A stretch of DNA of 64,000 nucleotides from Octopus sinensis. Its lineage: Eukaryota. Under the pieces are notes generated by a model that did not search any database, was not told where the DNA came from, and saw nothing but the letters and a program-made list of their open reading frames with translations. Both the position numbers and the translations under genes were made by a program. Position 1 is the stretch's first letter. Each line of letters begins with the position of its first letter. This document shows positions 40,401-55,400 of this stretch, piece by piece. The stretch spans positions 74,276,001-74,340,000 of the forward strand of contig NC_043004.1 in the NCBI RefSeq assembly GCF_006345805.1, read 5' to 3'.

Positions 40401-43400
40401 GGCACGTGAAAAGCACATTCCAGTGTCATCATTGCCAAGTTGCCTTACCAGAACATGTGCTGGTGGCACGTGAAAAGCAACATTCCAGTGTCATCATTGC
40501 CAACGTTGCCTTACCAGAACATGTGCTGGTGGCACGTGAAAAGCAACATTCCAGTGTCATCATTGCCAACGTTGCCTTACCAGAACATGTGCTGGTGGCA
40601 CGTGAAAGCAACATTCGAGTGTCATCATTGCCAAACGTTGCCTTACCAGAACATGTGCTGGTGGCACGTGAAAAGCAACATTCCAGTGTCATCATTGCCA
40701 ACGTTGCCTTACCAGAACATGTGCTGGTGGCACGTGAAAAGCAACATTCCAGTGTCATCATTGCCAACGTTGCCTTACCAGAACATGTGCTGGTGGCACG
40801 AAAAGCAACATTCCAGTGTCATCATTGCCAACGTTGCCTTACCAGAACATGTGCTGGTGGCACGTGAAAAGCAACATTCAGTGTCATCATTGCCACGTTG
40901 CCTTACCAGAACATGTGCTGGTGGCACGTGAAAAGCAACATTCGAGTGTCATCATTGCCAACGTTGCCTTACCAGAACATGTGCTGGTGGCACGTGAAAA
41001 GCAACATTCCAGTGTCATCATTGCCAACGTTGCCTTACCAGAACATGTGCTGGTGGCACGTGAAAAGCAACATTCCAGTGTCATCATTGCCAACGTTGCC
41101 TTACCAGAACATGTGCTGGTGGCACGTGAAAAGCAACATTCGAGTGTCATCATTGCCAACGTTGCCTTACCAGAACATGTGCTGGTGGCACGTGAAAAGC
41201 AACATTCGAGTGTCATCATTGCCAACGTTGCCTTACCAGAACATGTGCTGGTGGCACGTGAAAAGCAACATTCGAGTGTCATCATTGCCAACGTTGCCTT
41301 ACCAGAACATGTGCTGGTGGCACGTGAAAAGCACATTCGAGTGTCATCATTGCCAACGTTGCCTTACCAGAACATGTGCTGGTGGCACGTGAAAAGCAAC
41401 ATTCGAGTGTCATCATTGCCAACGTTGCCTTACCAGAACATGTGCTGGTGGCACGTGAAAGCAACATTCCAGTGTCATCATTGCCAACGTTGCCTTACCA
41501 GAACATGTGCTGGTGGCACGTGAAAGCAACATTCCAGTGTCATCATTGCCAACGTTGCCTTACCAGAACATGTGCTGGTGGCACGTGAAAAGCAACATTC
41601 CAGTGTCATCATTGCCAACGTTGCCTTACCAGAACATGTGCTGGTGGCACGTGAAAAGCAACATTCGTGTCATCATTGCCAACGTTGCCTTACCAGAACA
41701 TGTGCTGGTGGCACGTGAAAAGCACATTCCAGTGTCATCATTGCCAACGTTGCCTTACCAGAACATGTGCTGGTGGCACGTAAAAGCAACATTCGAGTGT
41801 CATCATTGCCAACGTTGCCTTACCAGAACATGTGCTGGTGGCACGTGAAAAGCAACATTCCAGTGTCATCATTGCCAACGTTGCCTTACCAGAACATGTG
41901 CTGGTGGCACGTGAAAAGCACCATTCCAGTGTCATCATTGCCAACGTTGCCTTACCAGAACATGTGCTGGTGGCACGTGAAAAGCAACATTCCAGTGTCA
42001 TCATTGCCAACGTTGCCTTACCAGAACATGTGCTGGTGGCACGTAAAAAGCACCATTCCAGTGTCATCATTGCCAACGTTGCCTTACCAGAATATCTGCT
42101 GATTGCACGTGAAAAGCAACATTCCAGTGTCATCATTGCCAACGTTGCCTTACCAGAAACATGTGCTGGTGGCACGTGAAAAGCACATTCCAGTGTCATC
42201 ATTGCCACGTTGCCTTACCAGAACATGTGCTGGTGGCACGTGAAAAGCAACATTCCAGTGTCATCATTGCCAACGTTGCCTTACCAGAACATGTGCTGGT
42301 GGCACGTGAAAAGCAACATTCGAGTGTCATCATTGCAACGTTGCCTTACCAGAACATGTGCTGGTGGCACGTGAAAAGCAACATTCCAGTGTCATCATTG
42401 CCAACGTTGCCTTACCAGAACATGTGCTGGTGGCACGTGAAAAGCAACCATTCCAGTGTCACCATTGCCAACGTTGCCTTACCAAGAACATGTGCTGGTG
42501 GCACGTGAAAAGCACATTCGAGTGTCATCATTGCCAACGTTGCCTTACCAGAACATGTGCTGGTGGCACTTGAAAAGCACCATTCGAGTGTCATTGCCAA
42601 CGTTGCCTTACCAGAACATGTGCTGGTGGCACGTGAAAAGCAACATTCCAGTGTCATCATTGCCAACGTTGCCTTACCAGAACATGTGCTGGTGGCACGT
42701 GAAAAGCAACATTCCAGTGTCATCATTGCCAACGTTGCCTTACCAGAACATGTGCTGGTGGCACGTGAAAAGCACATTCCATGTCATCATTGCCAACGTT
42801 GCCTTACCAGAACATGTGCTGGTGGCACGTGAAAAGCACATTCCAGTGTCATCATTGCCAACGTTGCCTTACCCAGAACATGTGCTGGTGGCACGTGAAA
42901 AGCAACATTCCAGTGTCATCATTGCCAACGTTGCCTTACCGAACATGTGCTGGTGGCACGTAAAAAGCACCATTCCAGTGTCATCATTGCCAACGTTGCC
43001 TTACCAGAACATGTGCTGGTGGCACGTGAAAAGCAACATTCCAGTGTCATCATTGCCAACGTTGCCTTACCAGACATGTGCTGGTGGCACGTGAAAAGCA
43101 ACATTCCAGTGTCATCATTGCCAACGTTGCCTTACCAGAACATGTGCTGGTGGCACGTGAAAAGCAACATTCCAGTGTCATCATTGCCAACGTCCTTACC
43201 AGAACATGTGCTGGTGGCACGTGAAAAGCAACATTCCAGTGTCATCATTGCCAACGTTGCCTTACCAGAACATGTGCTGTGGCACGTGAAAAGCACATTC
43301 GATCGAGTGTCATCATTGCCAACGTTGCCTTACCAGAACATGTGCTGGTGGCACGTGAAAAGCAACATTCGAGTGTCATCATTGCCAACGTTGCCTTACC

Positions 43401-46400
43401 AGAACATGTGCTGGTGGCACGTGAAAAGCACCATTCCAGTGTCATCATTGCAACGTTGCCTTACCAGAACATGTGCTGGTGGCACGTGAAAAGCACATTC
43501 AGTGTCATCATTGCCAACGTTGCCTTACCAGAACATGTGCTGGTGGCACGTGAAAGCACATTCCAGTGTCATCATTGCCAACGTTGCCTTACCAGAACAT
43601 GTGCTGGTGGCACATGAAAAGCAACATTCGAGTGTCATCATTTCCAACGTTGCCTTACCAGCACATGTGCTGGTGGCACGTGAAAAGCACATTCCAGTGT
43701 CATCATTGCCAACGTTGCCTTACCAGAACATGTGCTGGTGGCACGTAAAAGCAACATTCGAGTGTCATCATTGCCAACGTTGCCTTACCAGAACATGTGC
43801 TGGTGGCACGTGAAAAGCAACATTCATGTCATCATTGCCAACGTTGCCTTACCAGAACATGTGCTGTGGCACGTGAAAAGCAACATTCCAGTGTCATCAT
43901 TGCCACGTTGCCTTACCAGAACATGTGCTGGTGGCACGTGAAAAGCCCATTCGAGTGTCATCATTGCCAACGTTGCCTTACCAGAACATGTGCTGGTGGC
44001 ACGTGAAAAGCAACATTCGAGTGTCATCATTGCCAAAGTTGCCTTACCAGAACATTGCTGGTGGCACGTGAAAAGCAACATTCGATGTCATCATGCCAAC
44101 GTTGCCTTACCAGAACATGTGCTGGTGGCACGTGAAAAGCACCATTCCAGTGTCATCATTGCCAACGTTTGCCTTACCAGAACATGCTCTGTGCAAAGCC
44201 ACAGTCACATTGTTTCTTGTAAGGCAACGTTGGCAATGATGAACCAATGTTGTTTTAAAAAAAATGTTAAGGCACGTTGGCATGATGACACTGGAATGTT
44301 GCTTTCACGTGCCACCATCACATGTTCTGGTAGGCAACGTGGCAATGATGACACTCGAATGGTGCTTTTCACGTGCCACCAGCACATGTTCTGGTAAGGC
44401 AACGTTGGCAATGATGACACTCGAATGTTGCTTTTCACGTGCCACCAGCACATGTTCTGGTAAGGCACGTTGGCAATGATGACACTCGAATGGTGCTTTT
44501 CACGTGCCACCAGCACATGTTCTGGTAAGGCAACGTTGGCAATGATGACACTCGAATGTTGCTTTTCACGTGCCACCAGCACATGTTCTGGTAAGGCAAC
44601 GTTGGCAATGATGACACTCGAATGTTGCTTTTCACGTGCCACCAGCACATGTTCTGGTAAGGCAACGTTGGCAATGATGACACTCGAATGTTGCTTTTCA
44701 CGTGCCACCAGCACATGTTCTGGTAAGGCAACGTTGGCAATGATGACACTGGAATGTTGCTTTTCACGTGCCACCAGCACATGTTCTGGTAAGGCAACGT
44801 TGGCAATGATGACACTCGAATGTTGCTTTTCACGTGCCACCAGCACATGTTCTGGTAAGGCAACGTTGGCAATGATGACACGGAATGTTGCTTTTCACGT
44901 GCCACCAGCACATGTTCTGGTAAGGCAACGTTGGCAATGATGACACTCGAATGTTGCTTTTCACGTGCCACCAGCACATGTTCTGGTAAGGCAACGTTGG
45001 CAATGATGACACTCGAATGTTGCTTTTCACGTGCCACCAGCACATGTTCTGGTAAGGCAACGTTGGCAATGATGACACTGGAATGTTGCTTTTCACGTGC
45101 CACCAGCACATGTTCTGGTAAGGCAACGTTGGCAATGATGACACTCGAATGTTGCTTTTCACGTGCCACCAGCACATGTTCTGGTAAGGCAACGTTGGCA
45201 ATGATGACACTCGAATGTTGCTTTTCACGTGCCACCAGCACATGTTCTGGTAAGGCAACGTTGGCAATGATGACACTCGAATGTTGCTTTTCACGTGCCA
45301 CCAGCACATGTTCTGGTAAGGCAACGTTGGCAATGATGACACTGGAATGTTGCTTTTCACGTGCCACCAGCACATGTTCTGGTAAGGCAACGTTGGCAAT
45401 GATGACACTGGAATGTTGCTTTTCACGTGCCACCAGCACATGTTCTGGTAAGGCAACGTTGGCAATGATGACACTGGAATGTTGCTTTTCACGTGCCACC
45501 AGCACATGTTCTGGTAAGGCAACGTTGGCAATGATGACACTGGAATGTTGCTTTTCACGTGCCACCAGCACATGTTCTGGTAAGGCAACGTTGGCAATGA
45601 TGACACTGGAATGTTGCTTTTCACGTGCCACCAGCACATGTTCTGGTAAGGCAACGTTGGCAATGATGACACTGGAATGTTGCTTTTCACGTGCCACCAG
45701 CACATGTTCTGGTAAGGCAACGTTGGCAATGATGACACTGGAATGTTGCTTTTCACGTGCCACCAGCACATGTTCTGGTAAGGCAACGTTGGCAATGATG
45801 ACACTGGAATGTTGCTTTTCACGTGCCACCAGCACATGTTCTGGTAAGGCAACGTTGGCAATGATGACACTGGAATGTTGCTTTTCACGTGCCACCAGCA
45901 CATGTTCTGGTAAGGCAACGTTGGCAATGATGACACTGGAATGTTGCTTTTCACGTGCCACCAGCACATGTTCTGGTAAGGCAACGTTGGCAATGATGAC
46001 ACTGGAATGTTGCTTTTCACGTGCCACCAGCACATGTTCTGGTAAGGCAACGTTGGCAATGATGACACTGGAATGTTGCTTTTCACGTGCCACCAGCACA
46101 TGTTCTGGTAAGGCAACGTTGGCAATGATGACACTGGAATGTTGCTTTTCACGTGCCACCAGCACATGTTCTGGTAAGGCAACGTTGGCAATGATGACAC
46201 TGGAATGTTGCTTTTCACGTGCCACCAGCACATGTTCTGGTAAGGCAACGTTGGCAATGATGACACTGGAATGTTGCTTTTCACGTGCCACCAGCACATG
46301 TTCTGGTAAGGCAACGTTGGCAATGATGACACTGGAATGTTGCTTTTCACGTGCCACCAGCACATGTTCTGGTAAGGCAACGTTGGCAATGATGACACTG

Positions 46401-49400
46401 GAATGTTGCTTTTCACGTGCCACCAGCACATGTTCTGGTAAGGCAACGTTGGCAATGATGACACTGGAATGTTGCTTTTCACGTGCCACCAGCACATGTT
46501 CTGGTAAGGCAACGTTGGCAATGATGACACTGAATGTTGCTTTTCACGTGCCACCAGCACATGTTCTGGTAAGGCAACGTTGGCAATGATGACACGGAAT
46601 GTTGCTTTTCACGTGCCACCAGCACATGTTCTGGTAAGGCAACGTTGGCAATGATGACACTGGAATGTTGCTTTTCACGTGCCACCAGCACATGTTCTGG
46701 TAAGGCAACGTTGGCAATGATGACACGGAATGTTGCTTTTCACGTGCCACCAGCACATGTTCTGGTAAGGCAACGTTGGCAATGATGACACTGGAATGTT
46801 GCTTTTCACGTGCCACCAGCACATGTTCTGGTAAGGCAACGTTGGCAATGATGACACTGGAATGTTGCTTTTCACGTGCCACCAGCACATGTTCTGGTAA
46901 GGCAACGTTGGCAATGATGACACTCGGAATGTTGCTTTTCACGTGCCACCAGCACATGTTCTGGTAAGGCAACGTTGGCAATGATGACACTGGAATGTTG
47001 CTTTTCACGTGCCACCAGCACATGTTCTGGTAAGGCAACGTTGGCAATGATGACACTCGAATGTTGCTTTTCACGTGCCACCAGCACATGTTCTGGTAAG
47101 GCAACGTTGGCAATGATGACACTCGAATGTTGCTTTTCACGTGCCACCAGCACATGTTCTGGTAAGGCAACGTTGGCAATGATGACACTGGAATGTTGCT
47201 TTTCACGTGCCACCAGCACATGTTCTGGTAAGGCAACGTTGGCAATGATGACACTGGAATGTTGCTTTTCACGTGCCACCAGCACATGTTCTGGTAAGGC
47301 AACGTTGGCAATGATGACACTCGAATGTTGCTTTTCACGTGCCACCAGCACATGTTCTGGTAAGGCAACGTTGGCAATGATGACACTCGAATGTTGCTTT
47401 TCACGTGCCACCAGCACATGTTCTGGTAAGGCAACGTTGGCAATGATGACACTGGAATGTTGCTTTTCACGTGCCACCAGCACATGTTCTGGTAAGGCAA
47501 CGTTGGCAATGATGACACTCGAATGTTGCTTTTCACGTGCCACCAGCACATGTTCTGGTAAGGCAACGTTGGCAATGATGACACTCGAATGTTGCTTTTC
47601 ACGTGCCACCAGCACATGTTCTGGTAAGGCAACGTTGGCAATGATGACACTCGAATGTTGCTTTTCACGTGCCACCAGCACATGTTCTGGTAAGGCAACG
47701 TTGGCAATGATGACACTGGAATGTTGCTTTTCACGTGCCACCAGCACATGTTCTGGTAAGGCAACGTTGGCAATGATGACACTGGAATGTTGCTTTTCAC
47801 GTGCCACCAGCACATGTTCTGGTAAGGCAACGTTGGCAATGATGACACTGGAATGTTGCTTTTCACGTGCCACCAGCACATGTTCTGGTAAGGCAACGTT
47901 GGCAATGATGACACTGGAATGTTGCTTTTCACGTGCCACCAGCACATGTTCTGGTAAGGCAACGTTGGCAATGATGACACTGGAATGTTGCTTTTCACGT
48001 GCCACCAGCACATGTTCTGGTAAGGCAACGTTGGCAATGATGACACTGGAATGTTGCTTTTCACGTGCCACCAGCACATGTTCTGGTAAGGCAACGTTGG
48101 CAATGATGACACTGGAATGTTGCTTTTCACGTGCCACCAGCACATGTTCTGGTAAGGCAACGTTGGCAATGATGACACTGGAATGTTGCTTTTCACGTGC
48201 CACCAGCACATGTTCTGGTAAGGCAACGTTGGCAATGATGACACTGGAATGTTGCTTTTCACGTGCCACCAGCACATGTTCTGGTAAGGCAACGTTGGCA
48301 ATGATGACACTGGAATGTTGCTTTTCACGTGCCACCAGCACATGTTCTGGTAAGGCAACGTTGGCAATGATGACACTCGAATGGTGCTTTTCACGTGCCA
48401 CCAGCACATGTTCTGGTAAGGCAACGTTGGCAATGATGACACTGGAATGTTGCTTTTCACGTGCCACCAGCACATGTTCTGGTAAGGCAACGTTGGCAAT
48501 GATGACACTGGAATGTTGCTTTTCACGTGCCACCAGCACATGTTCTGGTAAGGCAACGTTGGCAATGATGACACTGGAATGTTGCTTTTCACGTGCCACC
48601 AGCACATGTTCTGGTAAGGCAACGTTGGCAATGATGACACTCGAATGTTGCTTTTCACGTGCCACCAGCACATGTTCTGGTAAGGCAACGTTGGCAATGA
48701 TGACACTCGAATGGTGCTTTTCACGTGCCACCAGCACATGTTCTGGTAAGGCAACGTTGGCAATGATGACACTCGAATGTTGCTTTTCACGTGCCACCAG
48801 CACATGTTCTGGTAAGGCAACGTTGGCAATGATGACACTCGAATGTTGCTTTTCATGTCCCACCAGCACATGTTCTGGTAAGGCAACGTTGGCAATGATG
48901 ACACTCGAATGTTGCTTTTCACGTGCCACCACACATGTTCTGGTAAGGCAACGTTGGCAATGATGACACTCGAATGTTGCTTTTCACGTGCCACCAGCAC
49001 ATGTTCTGGTAAGGCAACGTTGGCAATGATGACACTCGAATGGTGCTTTTCACGTGCCACCAGCACATGTTCTGGTAAGGCAACGTTGGCAATGATGACA
49101 CTGGAATGTTGCTTTTCACGTGCCACCAGCACATGTTCTGGTAAGGCAACGTTGGCAATGATGACACTCGAATGTTGCTTTTCACGTGCCACCAGCACAT
49201 GTTCTGGTAAGGCAACGTTGGCAATGATGACACTCGAATGTTGCTTTTCACGTGCCACCAGCACATGTTCTGGTAAGGCAACGTTGGCAATGATGACACT
49301 GGAATGTTGCTTTTCACGTGCCACCAGCACATGTTCTGGTAAGGCAACGTTGGCAATGATGACACTCGAATGTTGCTTTTCACGTGCCACCAGCACATGT

Positions 49401-52400
49401 TCTGGTAAGGCAACGTTGGCAATGATGACACTCGAATGGTGCTTTTCACGTGCCACCAGCACATGTTCTGGTAAGGCAACGTTGGCAATGATGACACTCG
49501 AATGTTGCTTTTCACGTGCCACCAGCACATGTTCTGGTAAGGCAACGTTGGCAATGATGACACTCGAATGTTGCTTTTCACGTGCCACCAGCACATGTTC
49601 TGGTAAGGCAACGTTGGCAATGATGACACTCGAATGTTGCTTTTCACGTGCCACCAGCACATGTTCTGGTAAGGCAACGTTGGCAATGATGACACTGGAA
49701 TGTTGCTTTTCACGTGCCACCAGCACATGTTCTGGTAAGGCAACGTTGGCAATGATGACACTGGAATGTTGCTTTTCACGTGCCACCAGCACATGTTCTG
49801 GTAAGGCAACGTTGGCAATGATGACACTCGAATGTTGCTTTTCACGTGCCACCAGCACATGTTCTGGTAAGGCAACGTTGGCAATGATGACACTGAATGT
49901 TGCTTTTCACGTGCCACCAGCACATGTTCTGGTAAGGCAACGTTGGCAATGATGACACTGGAATGTTGCTTTTCACGTGCCACCAGCACATGTTCTGGTA
50001 AGGCAACGTTGGCAATGATGACACTGGAATGTTGCTTTTCACGTGCCACCAGCACATGTTCTGGTAAGGCAACGTTGGCAATGATGACACTGGAATGTTG
50101 CTTTTCACGTGCCACCAGCACATGTTCTGGTAAGGCAACGTTGGCAATGATGACACTGGAATGTTGCTTTTCACGTGCCACCAGCACATGTTCTGGTAAG
50201 GCAACGTTGGCAATGATGACACTGGAATGTTGCTTTTCACGTGCCACCAGCACATGTTCTGGTAAGGCAACGTTGGCAATGATGACACTGGAATGTTGCT
50301 TTTCACGTGCCACCAGCACATGTTCTGGTAAGGCAACGTTGGCAATGATGACACTGGAATGTTGCTTTTCACGTGCCACCAGCACATGTTCTGGTAAGGC
50401 AACGTTGGCAATGATGACACTGGAATGTTGCTTTTCACGTGCCACCAGCACATGTTCTGGTAAGGCAACGTTGGCAATGATGACACTGGAATGTTGCTTT
50501 TCACGTGCCACCAGCACATGTTCTGGTAAGGCGACGTTGGCAATGATGACACTCGAATGTTGCTTTTCATGTGCCACCAGCACATGTTCTGGTAAGGCAA
50601 CGTTGGCAATGATGACACTCGAATGTTGCTTTTCACGTGCCACCAGCACATGTTCTGGTAAGGCAACGTTGGCAATGATGACACTGGAATGTTGCTATTC
50701 ACGTGCCACCAGCACATGTTCTGGTAAGGCAACGTTGGCAATGATGACACTGGAATGTTGCTTTTCACGTGCCACCAGCACATGTTCTGGTAAGGCAACG
50801 TTGGCAATGATGACACTGGAATGTTGCTTTTCACGTGCCACCAGCACATGATCTGGTAAGGCGACGTTGGCAATGATGATACTCGAATGTTGCTTCTCAT
50901 GTGCCACCAGCACATGTTCTGGTAAGGCAACGTTGGCAATGATGACACTCGAATGTTGCTTTTCACGTGCCACCAGCACATGTTCTGGTAAGGCAACGTT
51001 GACAACGATGACACTGGAATGTTGCTTTTCACGTGCCACCAGCACATGTACTGGTAAGGCAACGTTGGCAATGATGACACTCGAATGTTGCTTTTCACGT
51101 GCCACCAGCACATGTTCTGGTAAGGCAACGTTGGCAATGATGACACTGGAATGGTGCTTTTCACGTGCCACCAGCACATGTTCTGGTAAGGCAACGTTGG
51201 CAATGATGACACTCGAATGTTGCTTTTCACGTGCCACCAGCACATGTTCTGGTAAGGCAACGTTGGCAATGATGACACTGGAATGTTGCTTTTCACGTGC
51301 CACCAGCACATGTTCTGGTAAGGCAACGTTGGCAATGATGACACTCGAATGTTGCTTTTCACGTGCCACCAGCACATGTTCTGGTAAGGCAACGTTGGCA
51401 ATGATGACACTCGAATGTTGCTTTTCACGTGCCACCAGCACATGTTCTGGTAAGGCAACGTTGACAACGATGACACTGGAATGTTGCTATTCACGTCCCA
51501 CCAGCACATGTTCTGGTAAGGCAACGTTGGCAATGATGACACTGGAATGTTGCTTTTCATGTGCCACCAGCACATGTTCTGGTAAGGCAACGTTGGCAAT
51601 GATGACACTCGAATGTTGCTTTTCACGTGCCACCAGCACATGTTCTGGTAAGGCAACGTTGGCAATGATGACACTCGAATGTTGCTTTTCATGTGCTACC
51701 AGCACATGTTCTGGTAAGGCAACGTTGGCAATGATGACACTCGAATGTTGCTTTTCACGTGCCACCAGCACATGTTCTGGTAAGGCAACGTTGACAACGA
51801 TGACACTGGAATGTTGCTTTTCACGTGCCACCAGCACATGTTCTGGTAAGGCAACGTTGGCAATGATGACACTCGAATGTTGCTTTTCACGTGCCACCAG
51901 CACATGTTCTGGTAAGGCGACGTTGCAATGATGACACTCGAATGTTGCTTTTCATGTGCCACCAGCATATGTTCTGGTAAGGCAACGTTGGCAATGATGA
52001 CAATCGAATGGTGCTTTTCACCTGCCACCAGCACATGTTCTGGTAAGGCAACGTTGGCAATGATGACACTGGAATGTTGCTTTTCACGTGCCACCAGCAC
52101 ATGTTCTGGTAAGGCAACGTTGGCAATGATGACACTCGAATGTTGCTTTTCACGTGCCACCAGCAAATGTTCTGGTAAGGCAACGTTGGCAATGATGACA
52201 CTCGAATGTTGCTTTTCACGTGCCACCAGCACATGTTCTGGTAAGGCGACGTTGGCAATGATGACACTCGAATGGTGCTTTTTACGTGCCACCAGCACAT
52301 GTTCTGGTAAGGCAACGTTGGCAATGATGACACACGAATGTTGCTTTTCACGTGCCACCAGCACATGTTCTGGTAAGGCAACGTTGGCAATGATGACACT

Positions 52401-55400
52401 CGAATGTTGCTTTTCATGTGCCACCAGCACATGTTCTGGTAAGGCAACGTTGGCAATGATGACACTCGAATGTTGCTTTTCACGTGCCACCAGCACATGT
52501 TCTGGTAAGGCGACTTTGGCAATGATGACACTCGAATGGAGCTTTTTACGTGCCACCAGCACATGTTCTGGTAAGGCAACGTTGGCAATGATGACACTCG
52601 AATGGTGCTTTTCACGTGCCACCAGCACATGTTCTGGTAAGGCAACGTTGGCAATGACGACACTCGAATGTTGCTTTTCACGTGCCACCAGCACATGTTC
52701 TGGTAAGGCAACGTTGGCAATGATGACACTCGAATGTTGCTTTTCATGTGCCACCAGCACATGTTCTGGTAAGGCAACGTTGGCAATGATGACACTCGAA
52801 TGTTGCTTTTCACGTGCCACCAGCACATGTTCTGGTAAGGCAACGTTGGCAATGATGACACTCGAATGTTGCTTTTCATGTGCCACCAGCACATGTTCTG
52901 GTAAGGCAACGTTGGCAATGATGACACTCGAATGTTGCTTTTTACGTGCCACCAGCACATGTTCTGGTAAGGCAACGTTGGCAATGATGACACTCGAATG
53001 GTGCTTTTCATGTGCCACCAGCACATGTTCTGGTAAGGCAACGTTGGCAATGATGACACTCGAATGTTGCTTTTCACGTGCCACCAGCACATGTTCTGGT
53101 AAGGCAACGTAGGCAATGATGACACTCGAATGTTGCTTTTCATGTGCCACCAGCACATGTTCTGGTAAGGCAACGTTGGCAATGATGACACTCGAATGTT
53201 GCTTTTCACGTGCCACTAGCACATGTTCTGGAAAGGCAAAGTTGACAACGATGACACTGGAATGTTGCTTTTCACGTGCCACCAGCACATGTTCTGGTAA
53301 GGCAACGTTGGCAATGATGACACTCGAATGTTTCTTTTCACGTGCCACCAGCACATGTTCTGGTAAGGCAACGTTGGCAATGATGACACTCGAATGTTGC
53401 TTTTCACGTGCCACCAGCACATGTTCTGGTAAGGCGACGTTGGCAATGATGACACTCGAATGTTGCTTTTCACGTGCCACCAGCACATGTTCTGGTAAGG
53501 CAACGTTGGCAATGATGACACTGGAATGTTGCTTTTCACGTGCCACCAGCACATGTTCTGGTAAGGCAACGTTGACAACGATGACACTGGAATGTTGCTT
53601 TTCACGTGCCACCAGCATATGTTCTGGTAAGGCAACGTCGGCAATGATGACACTGGAATGTTGCTTTTCACGTGCCACCAGCACATGTTCTGGTAAGGCA
53701 ACGTTGGCAATGATGACACTGGAATGTTGCTTTTCACGTGCCACCAGCACATGTTCTGGTAAGGCGACGTTGGCAATGATGACACTCGACCGTTGCTTTT
53801 CATGTGCCACCAGCACATGTTCTGGTAAGGCAACGTTGGCAATGATAACACTCGAATGTTGCTTTTCACGTGCCACCAGCACATGTTCTGGTAAGGCAAC
53901 GTTGACAACGATGACACTGGAATGTTGCTATTCACGTCCCACCAGCACATGTTCTGGTAAGGCAACGTTGGCAATGATGACACTGGAATGTTGCTTTTCA
54001 CGTGCCACCAGCACATGTTCTGGTAAGGCAACGTTGGCAATGATGACACTGGAATGTTGTTTTTCACGTGCCACCAGCACATGTTCTGGTAAGGCAACGT
54101 TGGCAATGATGACACTCGAATGTTGCTTTTCATGTGCCACCAGCACATGTTCTGGTAAGGCAACGTTGGCAATGATGACACTCGAATGTTGCTTTTCACG
54201 TGCCACCAGCACATGTTCTGGTAAGGCAACGTTGACGATGACACTGGAATGTTGCTTTTCACGTGCCACCAGCACATGTTCTGGTAAGGCAACGTTGGCA
54301 ATGATGACAGTCGAATGGTGCTTTTTGCGTGCCACCAGCACATGTTCTGGTAAGGCAACGTTGGCAATGATGACACTCGAATGGTGCTTTTCACGTGCCA
54401 CCAGCACATGTTCTGGTATGGCAACGTTGGCAATGATGACATTCGAATGTTGCTTTTCACGTGCCACCAGCACATGTTCTGGTAAGGCAACGTTGGTAAT
54501 GATGACACTCGAATGTTGCTTTTCATGTGCCACCAGCACATGTTCTGGTAAGGCAACGTTGGCAATGATGACACTCGAATGTTGCTTTTCACGTGCCACC
54601 AGCACATGTTCTGGTAAGGCAACGTTGGCAATGATGACACACGAATGTTGCTTTTCATGTGCCACCAGCACATGTTCTGGTAAGGCAACGTTGGCAATGA
54701 TGACACTCGAATGGTGCTTTTCACGTGCCACCAGCACATGTTCTGATAAGGCAACGTTGGCAATGATGACACTAGAATGGTGCTTTTCACGTGCCACAAG
54801 CACATGTTCTGGTAAGGCAACGTTGGCAATGATGCCACTCGAATGGTGCTTTTCACGTGCCACCAGCACATGTTCTGGTAAGGCAACGTTGGCAATGATG
54901 ACACTCGAATGTTGCTTTTCACGTGCCACCAGCACATGTTCTGGTAAGGCAACGTTGGCAATGATGACACTCGAATGGTGCTTTTCATGTGCCACCAGCA
55001 CATGTTCTGGTAAGGCAACGTTGGCAATGATGACACTCGAATGGTGCTTTTCACGTGCCACCAGCACATGTTCTGGTAAGGCAACGTTGGCAATGATGAC
55101 ACTCGAATGGTGCTTTTCATGTGCCACCAGCACATGTTCTGGTAAGGCAACGTTGGCAATGATGACACTCGAATGGTGCTTTTCACGTGCCACCAGCACA
55201 TGTTCTGGTAAGGCAACGTTGGCAATGATGACACTCGAATGGTGCTTTTCACGTGCCACCAGCACATGTTCTGGTAAGGCAACGTTGGCAATGATGACAC
55301 TCGAATGGTGCTTTTCACGTGCCACAAGCACATGTTCTGGTAAGGCAACGTTGGCAATGATGACACTCGAATGGTGCTTTTCACGTGCCACCAGCACATG

